From Histomonas meleagridis 2922-C6/04-290x (taxonomy: Eukaryota; Protista; Parabasalia), in contig JAANOX010000019.1 of assembly GCA_020184695.1 (NCBI GenBank), positions 1-64,000 on the forward strand: DNA of 64,000 nucleotides, written 5' to 3'. The notes below the pieces were generated by a model. That model was not told the origin of the DNA, ran no database searches, and saw only the letters and a program-made list of their open reading frames with translations. This document shows positions 11,337 to 22,416 of the stretch, piece by piece; the stretch's first letter is position 1; every line of letters begins with the position of its first letter. Both the position numbers and the translations under genes were made by a program.

Positions 11337-12488
11337 TTATTCAATAATTACAGTGTCCTCAAATCTGCATCCGATTCCTCTAAGTTCCATAGGAATATTT
11401 TTGTTGTTCACATGGAAGTACAGACCTGGCTCAATTGAGAACACAGTCCCTTTTTTAATTGGGTATTCATAAGGTATTTCATCGCAATCGTGAACATCGA
11501 TTCCAATGAAGTGTGAAACCCAATGCGGAAACACTTCATTTAGTTGGTGCTGATTTAAATTCACGCCAAACCCTTTCAGCCCATCCAATAACATTCTTTC
11601 GCAATCGATGTGTATGGCCTTTAAGTTTTGATACATTTTTCGTTTTGTTCGTGACTTAAGTACATCTTTGATATCATTAACCATTTCAAGAAGTTCGAGA
11701 TGTACATTTGGTACTTTACCAATTGGCACCGTACGTGTATAATCAGATGCATATGAATTATATTCACAACCTGCATCCATCATAAAACAATCGCCTTCTT
11801 TAAGAATGCAATTGTTGTCGAGATAATGCATATAAGTCGCATTAGTCCCTGATGCAGCAACAATGGGATATGCTAAGTCAGTGGCCCCATGATTATAACA
11901 ATATAGCTCAAAGCGTGATGCAATTTGTCGCTCAATTAAACCAGGTTTAACTGTAGAAAGTGCATTTGACATTGCTTTTTCAGTGATCGAACATGCGGTG
12001 CGGATTAATGATATCTCTTTAGGCGTTTTATACACACGGAGTTTGTCTAGATAAGGTGCAAGAGGATGATATTTGAAGTTATGAGGCTGTTGATGAACTG
12101 GAAAACTACAAAAGATTTGTTGAAATTTAGGAGTATTAGTTTTGATCCAATCATTTAACTCATTGATAGGAACGACCTTTTGAACGCCAGTTTGTTTAAT
12201 GGCTTCATCAAATGGAAGATGGTATCCATGATATATTTCATCAAATGGATTTGGCTTTGGTAAAAATAAAGTAGAAGTAATATCATTAGATACTTTTTGA
12301 ATTGTAAGTACACCGCCTGGTTGGGTATATCCTGTTAAATATATCATATCAGAAAATTGAGAAAAATGATATTGAAGCTTTGGATTCCGTTTTAATGGAT
12401 ACTTGCCATATACAATGATAAGACTATTTGGTGACTTAATGGATTCGAATAAGTTTAGCCTTCTTGATATATAGTCAGCTGCAATCAT
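11337..12488 (-). CDS. Xaa-Pro aminopeptidase (M24B)
   Basis: FSDMIYLTGY, MMDAGCEYNSYASDYTRT, HWVSHFIGIDVHD, SIEPGLY, GCRFEDTV metal-ligand motifs. Confidence 0.9.
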   Translation of the reverse strand: MIAADYISRRLNLFESIKSPNSLIIVYGKYPLKRNPKLQYHFSQFSDMIYLTGYTQPGGVLTIQKVSNDITSTLFLPKPNPFDEIYHGYHLPFDEAIKQTGVQKVVPINELNDWIKTNTPKFQQIFCSFPVHQQPHNFKYHPLAPYLDKLRVYKTPKEISLIRTACSITEKAMSNALSTVKPGLIERQIASRFELYCYNHGATDLAYPIVAASGTNATYMHYLDNNCILKEGDCFMMDAGCEYNSYASDYTRTVPIGKVPNVHLELLEMVNDIKDVLKSRTKRKMYQNLKAIHIDCERMLLDGLKGFGVNLNQHQLNEVFPHWVSHFIGIDVHDCDEIPYEYPIKKGTVFSIEPGLYFHVNNKNIPMELRGIGCRFEDTVIIE

Positions 12489-12558
12489 TTTAAAACGATA
12501 GACTCAAAATACGATAAAAATAAATTGAAAAATACTGTCACTTTTCTAAAGGTAATTT

Positions 12559-13785
12559 TTATTTTGGATTTTGGATATGCCTCATTAATTCCATAGCCTC
12601 TCTAATTGTTACATCAGGGGATATATTTTTCATGAAGTAAGAAATGGAGTTACTAATTTTCTGTGCTGCTTCATCAGATACAGTTGTTGGTGAATATTGT
12701 AATCTATTTGAAATCAGATTTTTGTGGCTTCCGACCATCGAAAAGCTGGTTAATGTTACTGTTCTTTCGATTATTTTACTTTTCATACTTTGTTGAACCC
12801 ATACATCATTAATTGGATCTTTAAATTCCATTGGTCCAACATTCGATAATTCAACGAGGATGTTCTCATTATCATTTCCACCATAATCAAATTCAGGTTT
12901 AAGTGAATTAAAAATCGCACCATTCAAAGTCTTTCGATTAAAGTTATTCCTGAGTTGTTTTCCTGCTTCACGAATAGTCATTTGCTCATTGACATTGTCG
13001 GCAACGACTCCAAAAGAAGTGAAATTGTTTCCAGCATTTTCGCTAACGGTTTTTTGACGGGGGTTAATAAACGGTCGCAAATCAACACATGTTAAACAGC
13101 CGACTTTTAAAGGCCTTTTCACATTATTTAGTGTTTCGCTTGCAAGTGCAATAGATAACCATAGTGACTCTGTAAGGCCTGAAAGTTTTCCAGTAGATTT
13201 ATTATACCATTTGTGTTCTTCAATGGGAAATACATCATTGATATCGCGACGAAAGATAGTGGATGGCGTTTCAGGAAGTGTGTGACTGAATGGAAATCGA
13301 GACACTTTTAAAGTATCTTGTTCAAAACTTGGATCGTCTATTGTTTCCTGAATTTCGTTAGAGAAAAGCTCAAAAGGCGTTATTGGAAGTCCTTTAACTT
13401 CATTTAAATTATCATTGAGGATATTTCGGATAAGATTTTTGAAGAACCCTCCATCTGTAAACCCATGACTTGAATTAACAGAAACAAATTTATCATTTGC
13501 TGCAATTGTTGCAAATTCTTTTGAAAAATCTGGCCGGTAATGGTTATCAATATATATTGATGCTTCATATGCATTCTTTATTGAGTTTGGTAGAGAGTGA
13601 ACTGTTACTTTATTGTCTTGAGCTATTAGGTTATTTCCATCTGTTTTTAATCGAAATCCAATTATTGACTTAATGAGATTATTAATGATTTTTGGAATTA
13701 CTTTGGAATCATTAACGCCAACCGCAAATTGCATTAGCTCATATGAGTCAAGAAATATTTTTTCGGATTGAGCGAGCTTTCTCAT
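12559..13785 (-). CDS. HxxxD CoA-dependent acyltransferase/condensation-like protein
   Basis: N-terminal MRKL...E, central SHGFTDG (HxxxDG), late CVDLRP and LSNVG motifs. Confidence 0.6.
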   Translation of the reverse strand: MRKLAQSEKIFLDSYELMQFAVGVNDSKVIPKIINNLIKSIIGFRLKTDGNNLIAQDNKVTVHSLPNSIKNAYEASIYIDNHYRPDFSKEFATIAANDKFVSVNSSHGFTDGGFFKNLIRNILNDNLNEVKGLPITPFELFSNEIQETIDDPSFEQDTLKVSRFPFSHTLPETPSTIFRRDINDVFPIEEHKWYNKSTGKLSGLTESLWLSIALASETLNNVKRPLKVGCLTCVDLRPFINPRQKTVSENAGNNFTSFGVVADNVNEQMTIREAGKQLRNNFNRKTLNGAIFNSLKPEFDYGGNDNENILVELSNVGPMEFKDPINDVWVQQSMKSKIIERTVTLTSFSMVGSHKNLISNRLQYSPTTVSDEAAQKISNSISYFMKNISPDVTIREAMELMRHIQNPK

Positions 13786-15452
13786 CAAAAAATCTGAACA
13801 TGGTCTAAACTAAATTGAATGGTTAACGTGGTCAAAATATCAGTGAAAGTAAACTTTTTGAAAACAGTTTGTTCCGATACATTTTGTTTGCTTTTTGATC
13901 GTATGATGTGTTTTTCAGTACAAATTGAATGCTTATCGTTATTTTATAATGGTTAAAATTTTTTGCCATCATGTTTTCCAAGGTGTTTCTTTGTTTTTTA
14001 AATTAAAACTTCTTGTTTGTCTTTTTTTTCCTTTTTTATACTTATTTTTAGCCTATGATGAAAACCTAAATTAAAATTTTAATCAATGTGAAATTTTGTA
14101 TCAGCTAATAATGTTATTATAGTCAAAAAATCTTGATGATAGAAAGTGTTCATTTTTTATTCCATCAATGTAATACAGCATTAAAGGAGTTCTATGGCTA
14201 ACACATTTTCCAAATATGAAATTTGAAAACTTTTACATATAAATTTATATTCCAGAATAAATCTATAATAATGTTAAATAACTGATTTATTATTAAGTTT
14301 TATAGTAGTAAATATTTGATTTATTAAGTGGAACGTGGATGAATTGTTCCAAACAAAATGAATGTGTTTTCGTTACTTTTATTTTGTTCTTAATATGTTC
14401 TGCTATTTCATTCAGTCCAATGATTCATTACTTTCGTCGTCATCATTTTTCATTTTTTGATGTTTCTTCAGCACTTTTTTTCAATTCATGTTGCATCTTT
14501 TGTAGAATTCGAGTCCTTCTTTATCTATATTCTGTATCCATTTCATTATTTGCCACACAATTTCGCGTAGATCATTTAAATCATGTACATCTTCATTATA
14601 TCTATTATCCAATTTGATGTCATTATCATCGAAACTTTGTGTTGTATCTGTTTTATTATTTCTATATCTTTTATTCTCATTAACTTCTTTGCGTTCATTA
14701 AATAAAAGTTTCTCTTCATTAGGTGGAAAACATTTATCGATTAATTTTTGGTCTTTGGCTTTAATTTCCCAATTTGTATTTTTACTAAAGCTAATTCCGA
14801 AGTATTATCATATTACCAACTTGGGAAGATTTAACAAATTTAGGTGGTCGAGAAATCAATTTTTTTCAAAAATTGCAATGCGCAATGAAATATTCCTGAT
14901 CTCGGATTAGAACCAGCATCCCACATTATACAAAATTACTCAAGATCTTCAAGTTTAACATTTTATGCAAATTTGTTAATGATAATTTTAAATTCAATTG
15001 TGGCTCTTACAAAATTACATGAGTTTGATGTTATAGCAATAGATATATGTAATAACAATGATGTGAATGATTGTATTTATTTTATGAAATTCCTTGAAAT
15101 ATTATTAAAATACATTCATTAACTGGTTCATGTGTTTTAGGTTCATGATCTTTTAATGCTCCAACAACTTCTGGTAAGAAAATATTTAATGTTGATTTTC
15201 CTGTTCCTACTGCGCACACAACATAAAGTTTTTGAAAGAATATATTTTTAAATATTATTCAAAGCTAAAAAGTCCTCTTTCTTTTTAATCACTTTAATTA
15301 TAAAATTTATGAAATTCTATGACTTTGATGCAAGGTATAACAATAGTAAACCACAGACTATTATTATAATAACAATTGTGACATTGGCTGACTTCAAATA
15401 TATGGAAACGCTTTTGAAAAAAAGATTATTAAGGTCACAAATTAGGCAAAAG

Positions 15453-16756
15453 TTACAAATTTTTCCATTCAAAAAGTAATTTAACTATTTCTGTGTTACC
15501 ATGTTTAGTTGCTTCCATAAGTGCTGTTTGAAATAACTTAAATAATTTCCAAATATTATTTTGATATATTAAATTATTAAAATAAATTTTAAATAAAACA
15601 AATAAATATTTTTAGCATTAACATCAATTCCTTCTTGTTCAAGAAGTAATATAGCTATTTCTGTATGACCTTCATAAGATGCATTAATAAGTGCTGTTTT
15701 AAATAATTTAAATAATTTCCAAATATTATTTTGAAATAAAAAATTCTTAAAATAAACATCAAATAAAGTAAATAAATATCTTCAGCATTAATATAAATTC
15801 CTTTTTGTTTTAAAATGTATGAAATAAGTTCAATATTCCCTGAAAATGAAGTAAAAACCAAAATATCTTCTAGAATTTGAATATTTTAAAAGAAAAATAT
15901 TTCCAATTTTTGCTGCTTTATTAATGATATTTTCATTAATTTTCATTCCTTCTTTTTCTAAATATGTAAAAATTTCATAATTAAAATATGAAACGCATTT
16001 TTCTCCTAATTCTTTGAATTTATCAATATCTTCAATTTTATTTTCATAAATATAATGAAAGATATCATTTCGATGAAATTCAATTGCTGCTACATATGCA
16101 CCTTCAAATGATGAATGATTTTGTTCACATAAATGAATAATTTCTTCATTTCCACCTGCAACTGCATATTTACCTGTATTTTCTACATTTGCTCCATTCA
16201 TAAGTAAACAATTAAAAAAATTGATTGAAAAAAAAAATGCTGCATAATCAATTAATGTAACATTCTTTTGATTAATAAATGAACATCTTTCATAAAGTGA
16301 TGGTTCAATATATTGATTAAAATTAAAATCATTTTGTGATGATATTTCTTGAAGTTTTTCTATTTCATTCCGAATTATTTTTGCGATTTCATTTGGGTTA
16401 ACTCCTTCTTGAATTAATTGCTTATGAAGTGCAAAATCATTATTTGAAAGTTCTTCATAAGAAATATTTTCCTGATCAAATAAAGATTTATATTCATCTG
16501 ATTTATCTTGATTAATATGAACAAAAAATGGTTTACGTATATTTTGAATGATTTTTGATTCAAGTATATTATAATTAATCATGTAATTAAGTAAATAAAA
16601 TGATTCTTGTGTGTTTTTCTTAAGAAGAAATTGAGCAAAAAAATTTATTATTTTTGTGTTGATTTTCTGATTTTCTTCACATTTTTCAATTTCTTGTAAT
16701 GATCTCAAATATATATCAAAATTATAATCACTAATCAAAAGAGATGTATATATCAT
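15453..16756 (-). pseudogene. DUF3447-type domain plus ankyrin repeats, with eight 17-nt modules and one unrelated frameshift near 15880
   Basis: NEIAKIIRN.EIEKLQ...IDYAAFF...AVAGGNEEIIHLCEQ domain. Ankyrin linkers resolve to NAED-D-F-G-K-TAL and NAKN-K-N-G-Q-TAL. Stop at 15455-15453. The frameshift after FLLKY is not explained by a module. Confidence 0.7.
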
Positions 16757-17395
16757 TCGGCTTATAATGATATCATAAGATATTGAATATTCTTTACAAA
16801 ATTTGCTGATAATAAAACTAAAAATCTCATTATTGCCCTAAAAATACTACAAACCCATTGATTGAATAAATAATTCAACCAACCAAAAAGCTATCGAATT
16901 CACCAAATAAAAATACGAATTTCTTGCTGCAAATTAATTTTAAACAATATGTGCTGATTCTAATATTCTACATTATAATGTAGGAATACATATTTATTTA
17001 TATTTGAATTTGTAAGAGAAACTCGATCTGGATAGATATTCTATCAGTGATAGAGGTACTTCAACTCCAAAAAAAAAAAAAAAAAAAAAAAATTAAATAA
17101 ATAAATAAATTAACTTCTTTTTTTATTCCATATGTAAGCATTCCATAAAAGTTTCTTTATTCATTCAAATATTTTTGATATTTATTATGAGCACCGTCGT
17201 ATTCAAAAAGTCATTGACAATGTCTGTTCGAATATGCGAAATTCAATTTTTTTGCAAAATGTTGATGGGACTTTATTTTTTTTGAATTCAAACAACGGTT
17301 TCATCAAAAAAATCTTGTTCAACATCGTTATCCGTTTATAAACTACACAATTTGCAAAAAGTGCTCAATTCAGCAAACGTTCTTTTATTCAGGGA

Positions 17396-20300
17396 ATGTC
17401 TGAATTTTCCCAAGAAAGTTCAATAAATGAACGAAGTCTTGAGGAATTTTTAGACTCACTATATCCTCAAATATCAGATACAACAAAATCTAAAATATAT
17501 AGTCATCCATTTCATTTTTTTTTTGATATTGCGACACAATCCAAAGTATCTGAAAGGGTTGATGCAGCTCTTAGAATTTTGTTTTATGTTCTTTTCGAAG
17601 TTATATTAATTTTACAAAACTTTCATCTTACTTGGTTTGATTTATTAGATAGAAATGATTACGAAACCAAATATGACCAAATTCTAGCCAAAATGTCATC
17701 CAACACATCTTGTTCATATTCTGTTTTAATCACACTTAGTATCACAGTCGTTCAAGGGATTTTTTATTTACGTTACGATCCTTTGAAACATCTTACTCCA
17801 GGGATTGCCACGTTTCTTCATATTTCTTTCACCCATCTTCCGCCCATTTTAGCCATTTTTCTCGGCGTTTCATTTGGGTGCACTTATTTAGGAAATGTTG
17901 CCAACACTACACAAAACAGCATCACCAACATACTCACAGTCTGCAATTCATTTTCCTGTGTCCTTCTTCTTATTGTCAATTTTTATTATCATACTATAAC
18001 AAGATATTCGTTAATCATTCAAAAAGGGATATTTTCTTCATGGGAACCACCATATCGGATTATAGACATTTTGTATTTTTTTGCTGTTTCCCATGGCTTA
18101 GCCTTTCCAAATTCACAACGATCATATCATACTTATGTTGTTTGCATCTTTTCATTTGTTTGGAGTGTTATTACTATGCATCGACGTAAGCGTTCAATTT
18201 ATTTATGTTTTATTGCTTATATAATTGAGACCAAAGTCTTAATCGATACCATCGTTTTCTCTATTTTAACCTTTGCTTTTACACTTGCTGATTTCCGTAA
18301 TGATTATGTTCGCCTCATAGTTATCATTACGTTTTTACTTAACACCATTAGTGCCTTTCTACATATGTTATACGAATATAAAAAATTAACGTCAGCGAAA
18401 GGAAAAAATTTAACGAAAAGTAAAACTGCACAACAAGCAATATCAACATTACGATTATCAATAAGTTATGGACAAGTTGAATCGATAACGCCCAAATATT
18501 TAAAATGGATGTTAAGTTGGTGCTTTAGTTATTCTGCGTTACCTGATGTTGTTCGAATATATTTCATATTAGGACGACCATTATCAGAACTAAAGATACC
18601 ACAAAAGACATTATCTCCATTGGAACTAATATCAATGAAATTTTTAGCATTTCAAGTCCGACTATATAAACAATCATTGTTATTAGATGAAGATCCAGTT
18701 GTTAAATCGACAAAAGAAGAACTCGAACGACAAAAACAATTAGCGAATCAAATATCAAACGATTTTTGGACTGATAAAGATTGCGAACAAATGACTTTAG
18801 CTAATTATGGCGAAAAAATCGAAAAAATCAAAAAGTTGATATTTAATACTGTTAGAAGTTTCCCACATTCGAAAACTATTAAAGAAGAATATGAAGATTT
18901 CATGAATAATACAATTTGTTCACCATCAGAGTTATTAGTTAATCCGAAATCGCCATTTGAATTCATCGAGTTTCCTGGTAAAACAATATTTAAATGTTTA
19001 AGCAAGAAAACAAATACTGAAAAAAGAAGATTAAACTCGCCGGAAAACTCGAAATCAACTACAGAACATTTCATATCAACATATATGAAACGAATTTCTT
19101 ATCCATTAATTATGTTTTATCGAATTTGTTTTGTTTTTTTAATCATTTGTGGTCTAATATTATATTTCCCTTATGTGTCAAACACTAGAGAAATATATGG
19201 TCATTATACAAGAATAATGCATGGAATAATATTCGACGTTTCATTGAGCTTAAAAGGAATAGCTGAACATGACTTGAATCAAAGGTTTCAATCGATTGAA
19301 CAAGTTTTAAATATTTTGAAAATTTTGCCTGAAGAAGCAAATTTGATTCTGAGTAATTTTTATATTAGAAATACTGTTTATAAAAATACTTATCAATACT
19401 TAAATGAGATAAATTTCGATTTTAATACATCGGATATTGATCATTGTGAAAAAATATCGTTGGCAGTTTTGTCAAGATCAAATTATTCAATCGATTGGTC
19501 TTTCGATAATAAGATTTGTTACTTCTCTTGGATTAACTTTTATACAAATGAAATCATACAAAAGTTAAATGAAACTATAAATAATTACGGAATTAAATAC
19601 TCACAAAAAATGATCGGAATTTACGTTATTATCGGCTTTATCGTACTGTCATTTTTGGTGTTCATTTCAATTACTATCGTTCAACAAATTCACGTGCGTA
19701 AAGTTCTGAAATGCTTGAAAAACGTTTTGTCGATAGATGAAAATGTTTCGAAAAAAGGAGAGCCTTATTTCGGATTTAATCCTTTATTATCAACTTTGAT
19801 ATGGTTGGTAATAGCGGGTATCGCTTTTGCTTTATATGCTATTTGTGAATATCCTATGGTTAATATCATAAATAAACAACAGCGAACATTAAACCAAGCA
19901 ATTGACATCACACAAATTACTATATCTTCAATACTTTCATACTCATTGACAGGTTTAATGAGTACACATATTCCAACAAAATATTATGAAATCTATAAAT
20001 ATTTGTTATATAATTATAGTGTATCCATGTTACATGCGTCTTATATCATTACCTTTAATGAAGTCTTACCCGAATTCTCAGAGATGTATGGATTTGAAAC
20101 ATGGGGAATTACAAATAGATCTTTTTCGTCATTAGTTAATACTTATTCCCAACTTATTATTGACATCATTGAAGAGAATACAACAGAAAGTCGAACATAT
20201 AACGATTGTCTTATATGTTATATATTTCGACAATATCTAATTAATTTGGTCGAATTGACAATTCCACAAATTTCACAAGTACAAGCAGCTATAGGTTACC

Positions 20301-21244
20301 AGCTTTATTCAGTCTTTTGGCATTGCAATCCACTTTCATTTTTGGTAATCGCAATCGCTTGGTTCTTAGCAGAAATACTTCATAACTCACAAAGGAACTG
20401 GTTAAGTGGCTGGGCGATTCTGATGAGAAGGAAACAAGCAAAATATCCTCAACAAGTATTTTATATTGTTGGAAGTTTATTGGAATCAAAGGTAAACTAC
20501 TTTAGCGACCTCCCAATTCCTTTTTTGGTTCGAGATTCTGATGGTATTATTGTATCTGCTAACCAAGAAATTGTCAAATATTTGGATCATACTATCGATC
20601 AAGTAGTTGGTCAACCTTATTCGGAATTCTTTGATGAAAATGGACCGAAGTTTAAAGGTAACGGTAAGGTTTCTTTAACAACAGATATAAGACCATTTGA
20701 TGATGATTGTGAACTTGTTGTTTTTCATGACAACTCCAAACAATTAGATGAACAAAGAAGATTAGAACAGATAACAAAGACAATGACTCCAGATGTAACT
20801 GAATTTGGAAAAAGAATGGAAATGGTTTGTATAGAGTGTAGATTTAATTCTCCAAACATAAGTCCAGATGATGTGTTTCGGAAATTCGATGAAATGAAGG
20901 AGGCATTTCCTGAAATTAAGTGCTTAGCTTGTGGGGCGTCATTTTTCAGCGGTTTCTGTGAAATTGAATGCGAAGAAAAAGCACTTCGGGCGACCGTTAT
21001 GCTTTCTGATGGGATTAAGGATTCATTCAGAGCTGCGATCACATATGGAGAAGGAATTTTCGCGTCACTAACAGACAAAGGACCTTTAACTGTGGTTCTG
21101 GGTGATGTAGCGGAAAGAGCAGAAATATTGGTAACAAATGGTTTTTGGGGAAGAATTTATGTGGACAGTAATATATTAGAGTCAAGCGGATACGATGAAA
21201 CGACAGATGGAATCATTGTTCTTGGAGTTTCCCCAGTTAAGTAA
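17396..21244 (+). CDS. Large multi-pass membrane protein with a PAS domain and a degenerate class III nucleotide cyclase-like C-terminus
   Basis: More than 10 hydrophobic segments. PAS-like RDSDGIIVSANQEIVKYL...VVGQP. Cyclase-fold remnants FRAAITYG...VLGDVAERA...GRIYVD. Confidence 0.6.
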   Translation: MSEFSQESSINERSLEEFLDSLYPQISDTTKSKIYSHPFHFFFDIATQSKVSERVDAALRILFYVLFEVILILQNFHLTWFDLLDRNDYETKYDQILAKMSSNTSCSYSVLITLSITVVQGIFYLRYDPLKHLTPGIATFLHISFTHLPPILAIFLGVSFGCTYLGNVANTTQNSITNILTVCNSFSCVLLLIVNFYYHTITRYSLIIQKGIFSSWEPPYRIIDILYFFAVSHGLAFPNSQRSYHTYVVCIFSFVWSVITMHRRKRSIYLCFIAYIIETKVLIDTIVFSILTFAFTLADFRNDYVRLIVIITFLLNTISAFLHMLYEYKKLTSAKGKNLTKSKTAQQAISTLRLSISYGQVESITPKYLKWMLSWCFSYSALPDVVRIYFILGRPLSELKIPQKTLSPLELISMKFLAFQVRLYKQSLLLDEDPVVKSTKEELERQKQLANQISNDFWTDKDCEQMTLANYGEKIEKIKKLIFNTVRSFPHSKTIKEEYEDFMNNTICSPSELLVNPKSPFEFIEFPGKTIFKCLSKKTNTEKRRLNSPENSKSTTEHFISTYMKRISYPLIMFYRICFVFLIICGLILYFPYVSNTREIYGHYTRIMHGIIFDVSLSLKGIAEHDLNQRFQSIEQVLNILKILPEEANLILSNFYIRNTVYKNTYQYLNEINFDFNTSDIDHCEKISLAVLSRSNYSIDWSFDNKICYFSWINFYTNEIIQKLNETINNYGIKYSQKMIGIYVIIGFIVLSFLVFISITIVQQIHVRKVLKCLKNVLSIDENVSKKGEPYFGFNPLLSTLIWLVIAGIAFALYAICEYPMVNIINKQQRTLNQAIDITQITISSILSYSLTGLMSTHIPTKYYEIYKYLLYNYSVSMLHASYIITFNEVLPEFSEMYGFETWGITNRSFSSLVNTYSQLIIDIIEENTTESRTYNDCLICYIFRQYLINLVELTIPQISQVQAAIGYQLYSVFWHCNPLSFLVIAIAWFLAEILHNSQRNWLSGWAILMRRKQAKYPQQVFYIVGSLLESKVNYFSDLPIPFLVRDSDGIIVSANQEIVKYLDHTIDQVVGQPYSEFFDENGPKFKGNGKVSLTTDIRPFDDDCELVVFHDNSKQLDEQRRLEQITKTMTPDVTEFGKRMEMVCIECRFNSPNISPDDVFRKFDEMKEAFPEIKCLACGASFFSGFCEIECEEKALRATVMLSDGIKDSFRAAITYGEGIFASLTDKGPLTVVLGDVAERAEILVTNGFWGRIYVDSNILESSGYDETTDGIIVLGVSPVK

Positions 21245-21322
21245 TCTGATCATCAATTCATTTTATGTTTCTATTATTTAAAAAAAAAACAATAATCATT
21301 GTTTTTAGTCTAAGCTGTTTCA

Positions 21323-21648
21323 TTGCCACCTAAAATTCTAAAAATATGGCAAATATATTTGAAAAAAATCGGATATTTTTATATCATATTTCATTACCAC
21401 AACAAAAATTCTCAGAAATAACAAGTATTATTAATGTATAAATGGTGTTATAGAAATCATATGTTATAGCGTTGCCTGTATACCCTTCACAACAATTTTT
21501 GCAAAAAAGTCACTTTTATATGAAACAACTATTTGTGATTACGATAATAACCACTCCGATAGAGTTTTTTTGTAGTCACTTTTTTAAAAAATGTGTTGCC
21601 ATTTTTTTGCATAAGTGCCTGCCATATTGTTAGAATTTTAGGTGGCAA
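21323..21648. mobile_element. MITE-like non-autonomous element, 326 bp, 29-bp TIRs
   Basis: TTGCCACCTAAAATTCTAAAAATATGGCA (21323-21351) versus the reverse complement of 21620-21648: 28/29 identical. No ORF, and no clear TSD. Confidence 0.7.
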
Positions 21649-21767
21649 GAGTTTAAATAAAACATTTTGTTTTTAACTTTAATATGTGCATTAATATTAT
21701 ATATGAAATTAAAAAAAATTTGAAAATAAGGAAGTAGCCGTTTAAATATTGGATTAAGCCGTTTAAA

Positions 21768-22310
21768 ATGGGGTGGTCTAATTCGAATATGGGAGAAGAA
21801 CCCATCTCTCCATTTTGGAGTCTTTTAATAAACCCAGGAGAGCCAACTCCAATAACATTCCCAGACTCAATGTTGCTTACAGTTACAAGTGTTTCTCTTG
21901 GTTTTATTCCAAAGAAAAAAGCCAAAGGTATTATTCGAATTTTTTCAAATGTAGAAACGATTATTATGAGCTCTGAAGCAGACATAGATGACACAGGATT
22001 TAGCAAATCTCGTAGCCTTATTGCAACTCTTATACCAGGAAAACATGAATTTCAAAATCTCAATTTAATTTTTTCACCTCTTAACATCACTACTTTTGAA
22101 GTTCAAGGAAATCTTCCTGTGAATGTCATTGGGCATTTATCACCAATTGAAGTAAATGAAGAGGAAGAGGAAGAAGACATTCTTGAAGATATGCTTCATG
22201 AACAGTCTCATTCATCAACATCAAGTACTCCTAAAGCTAAAGAAGTACCTGACGAAGAAGTTATTGATGTACAAGCACGACTTAGAGCACTTTCAGCAAA
22301 AAAGAAATAA
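21768..22310 (+). CDS. Nucleoplasmin-like (NPL) domain protein with acidic tract
   Basis: FWSLLI.PG...LTVTSVSL...IATL.PGK.E...LNL.F...F.VQGN.PV.VIGH followed by a poly-E tract. Confidence 0.7.
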   Translation: MGWSNSNMGEEPISPFWSLLINPGEPTPITFPDSMLLTVTSVSLGFIPKKKAKGIIRIFSNVETIIMSSEADIDDTGFSKSRSLIATLIPGKHEFQNLNLIFSPLNITTFEVQGNLPVNVIGHLSPIEVNEEEEEEDILEDMLHEQSHSSTSSTPKAKEVPDEEVIDVQARLRALSAKKK

Positions 22311-22416
22311 ACAAATCGTATAAATTATCTATCGTTTTTTGTTTGATTTATAAAAAAGTAAAAAAGTGACACATGATGTAAATTTACAAATATTTTTGAT
22401 ATGAATTTGTTACGCG

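Noticed and set aside
14339-15300. Plus-strand ORFs 14339 and 14614 and a stop-bounded minus-strand open frame
   Set aside because: The plus ORFs are antisense artefacts. The minus frame has no ATG and no identifiable domain; probably a decayed gene or TE.
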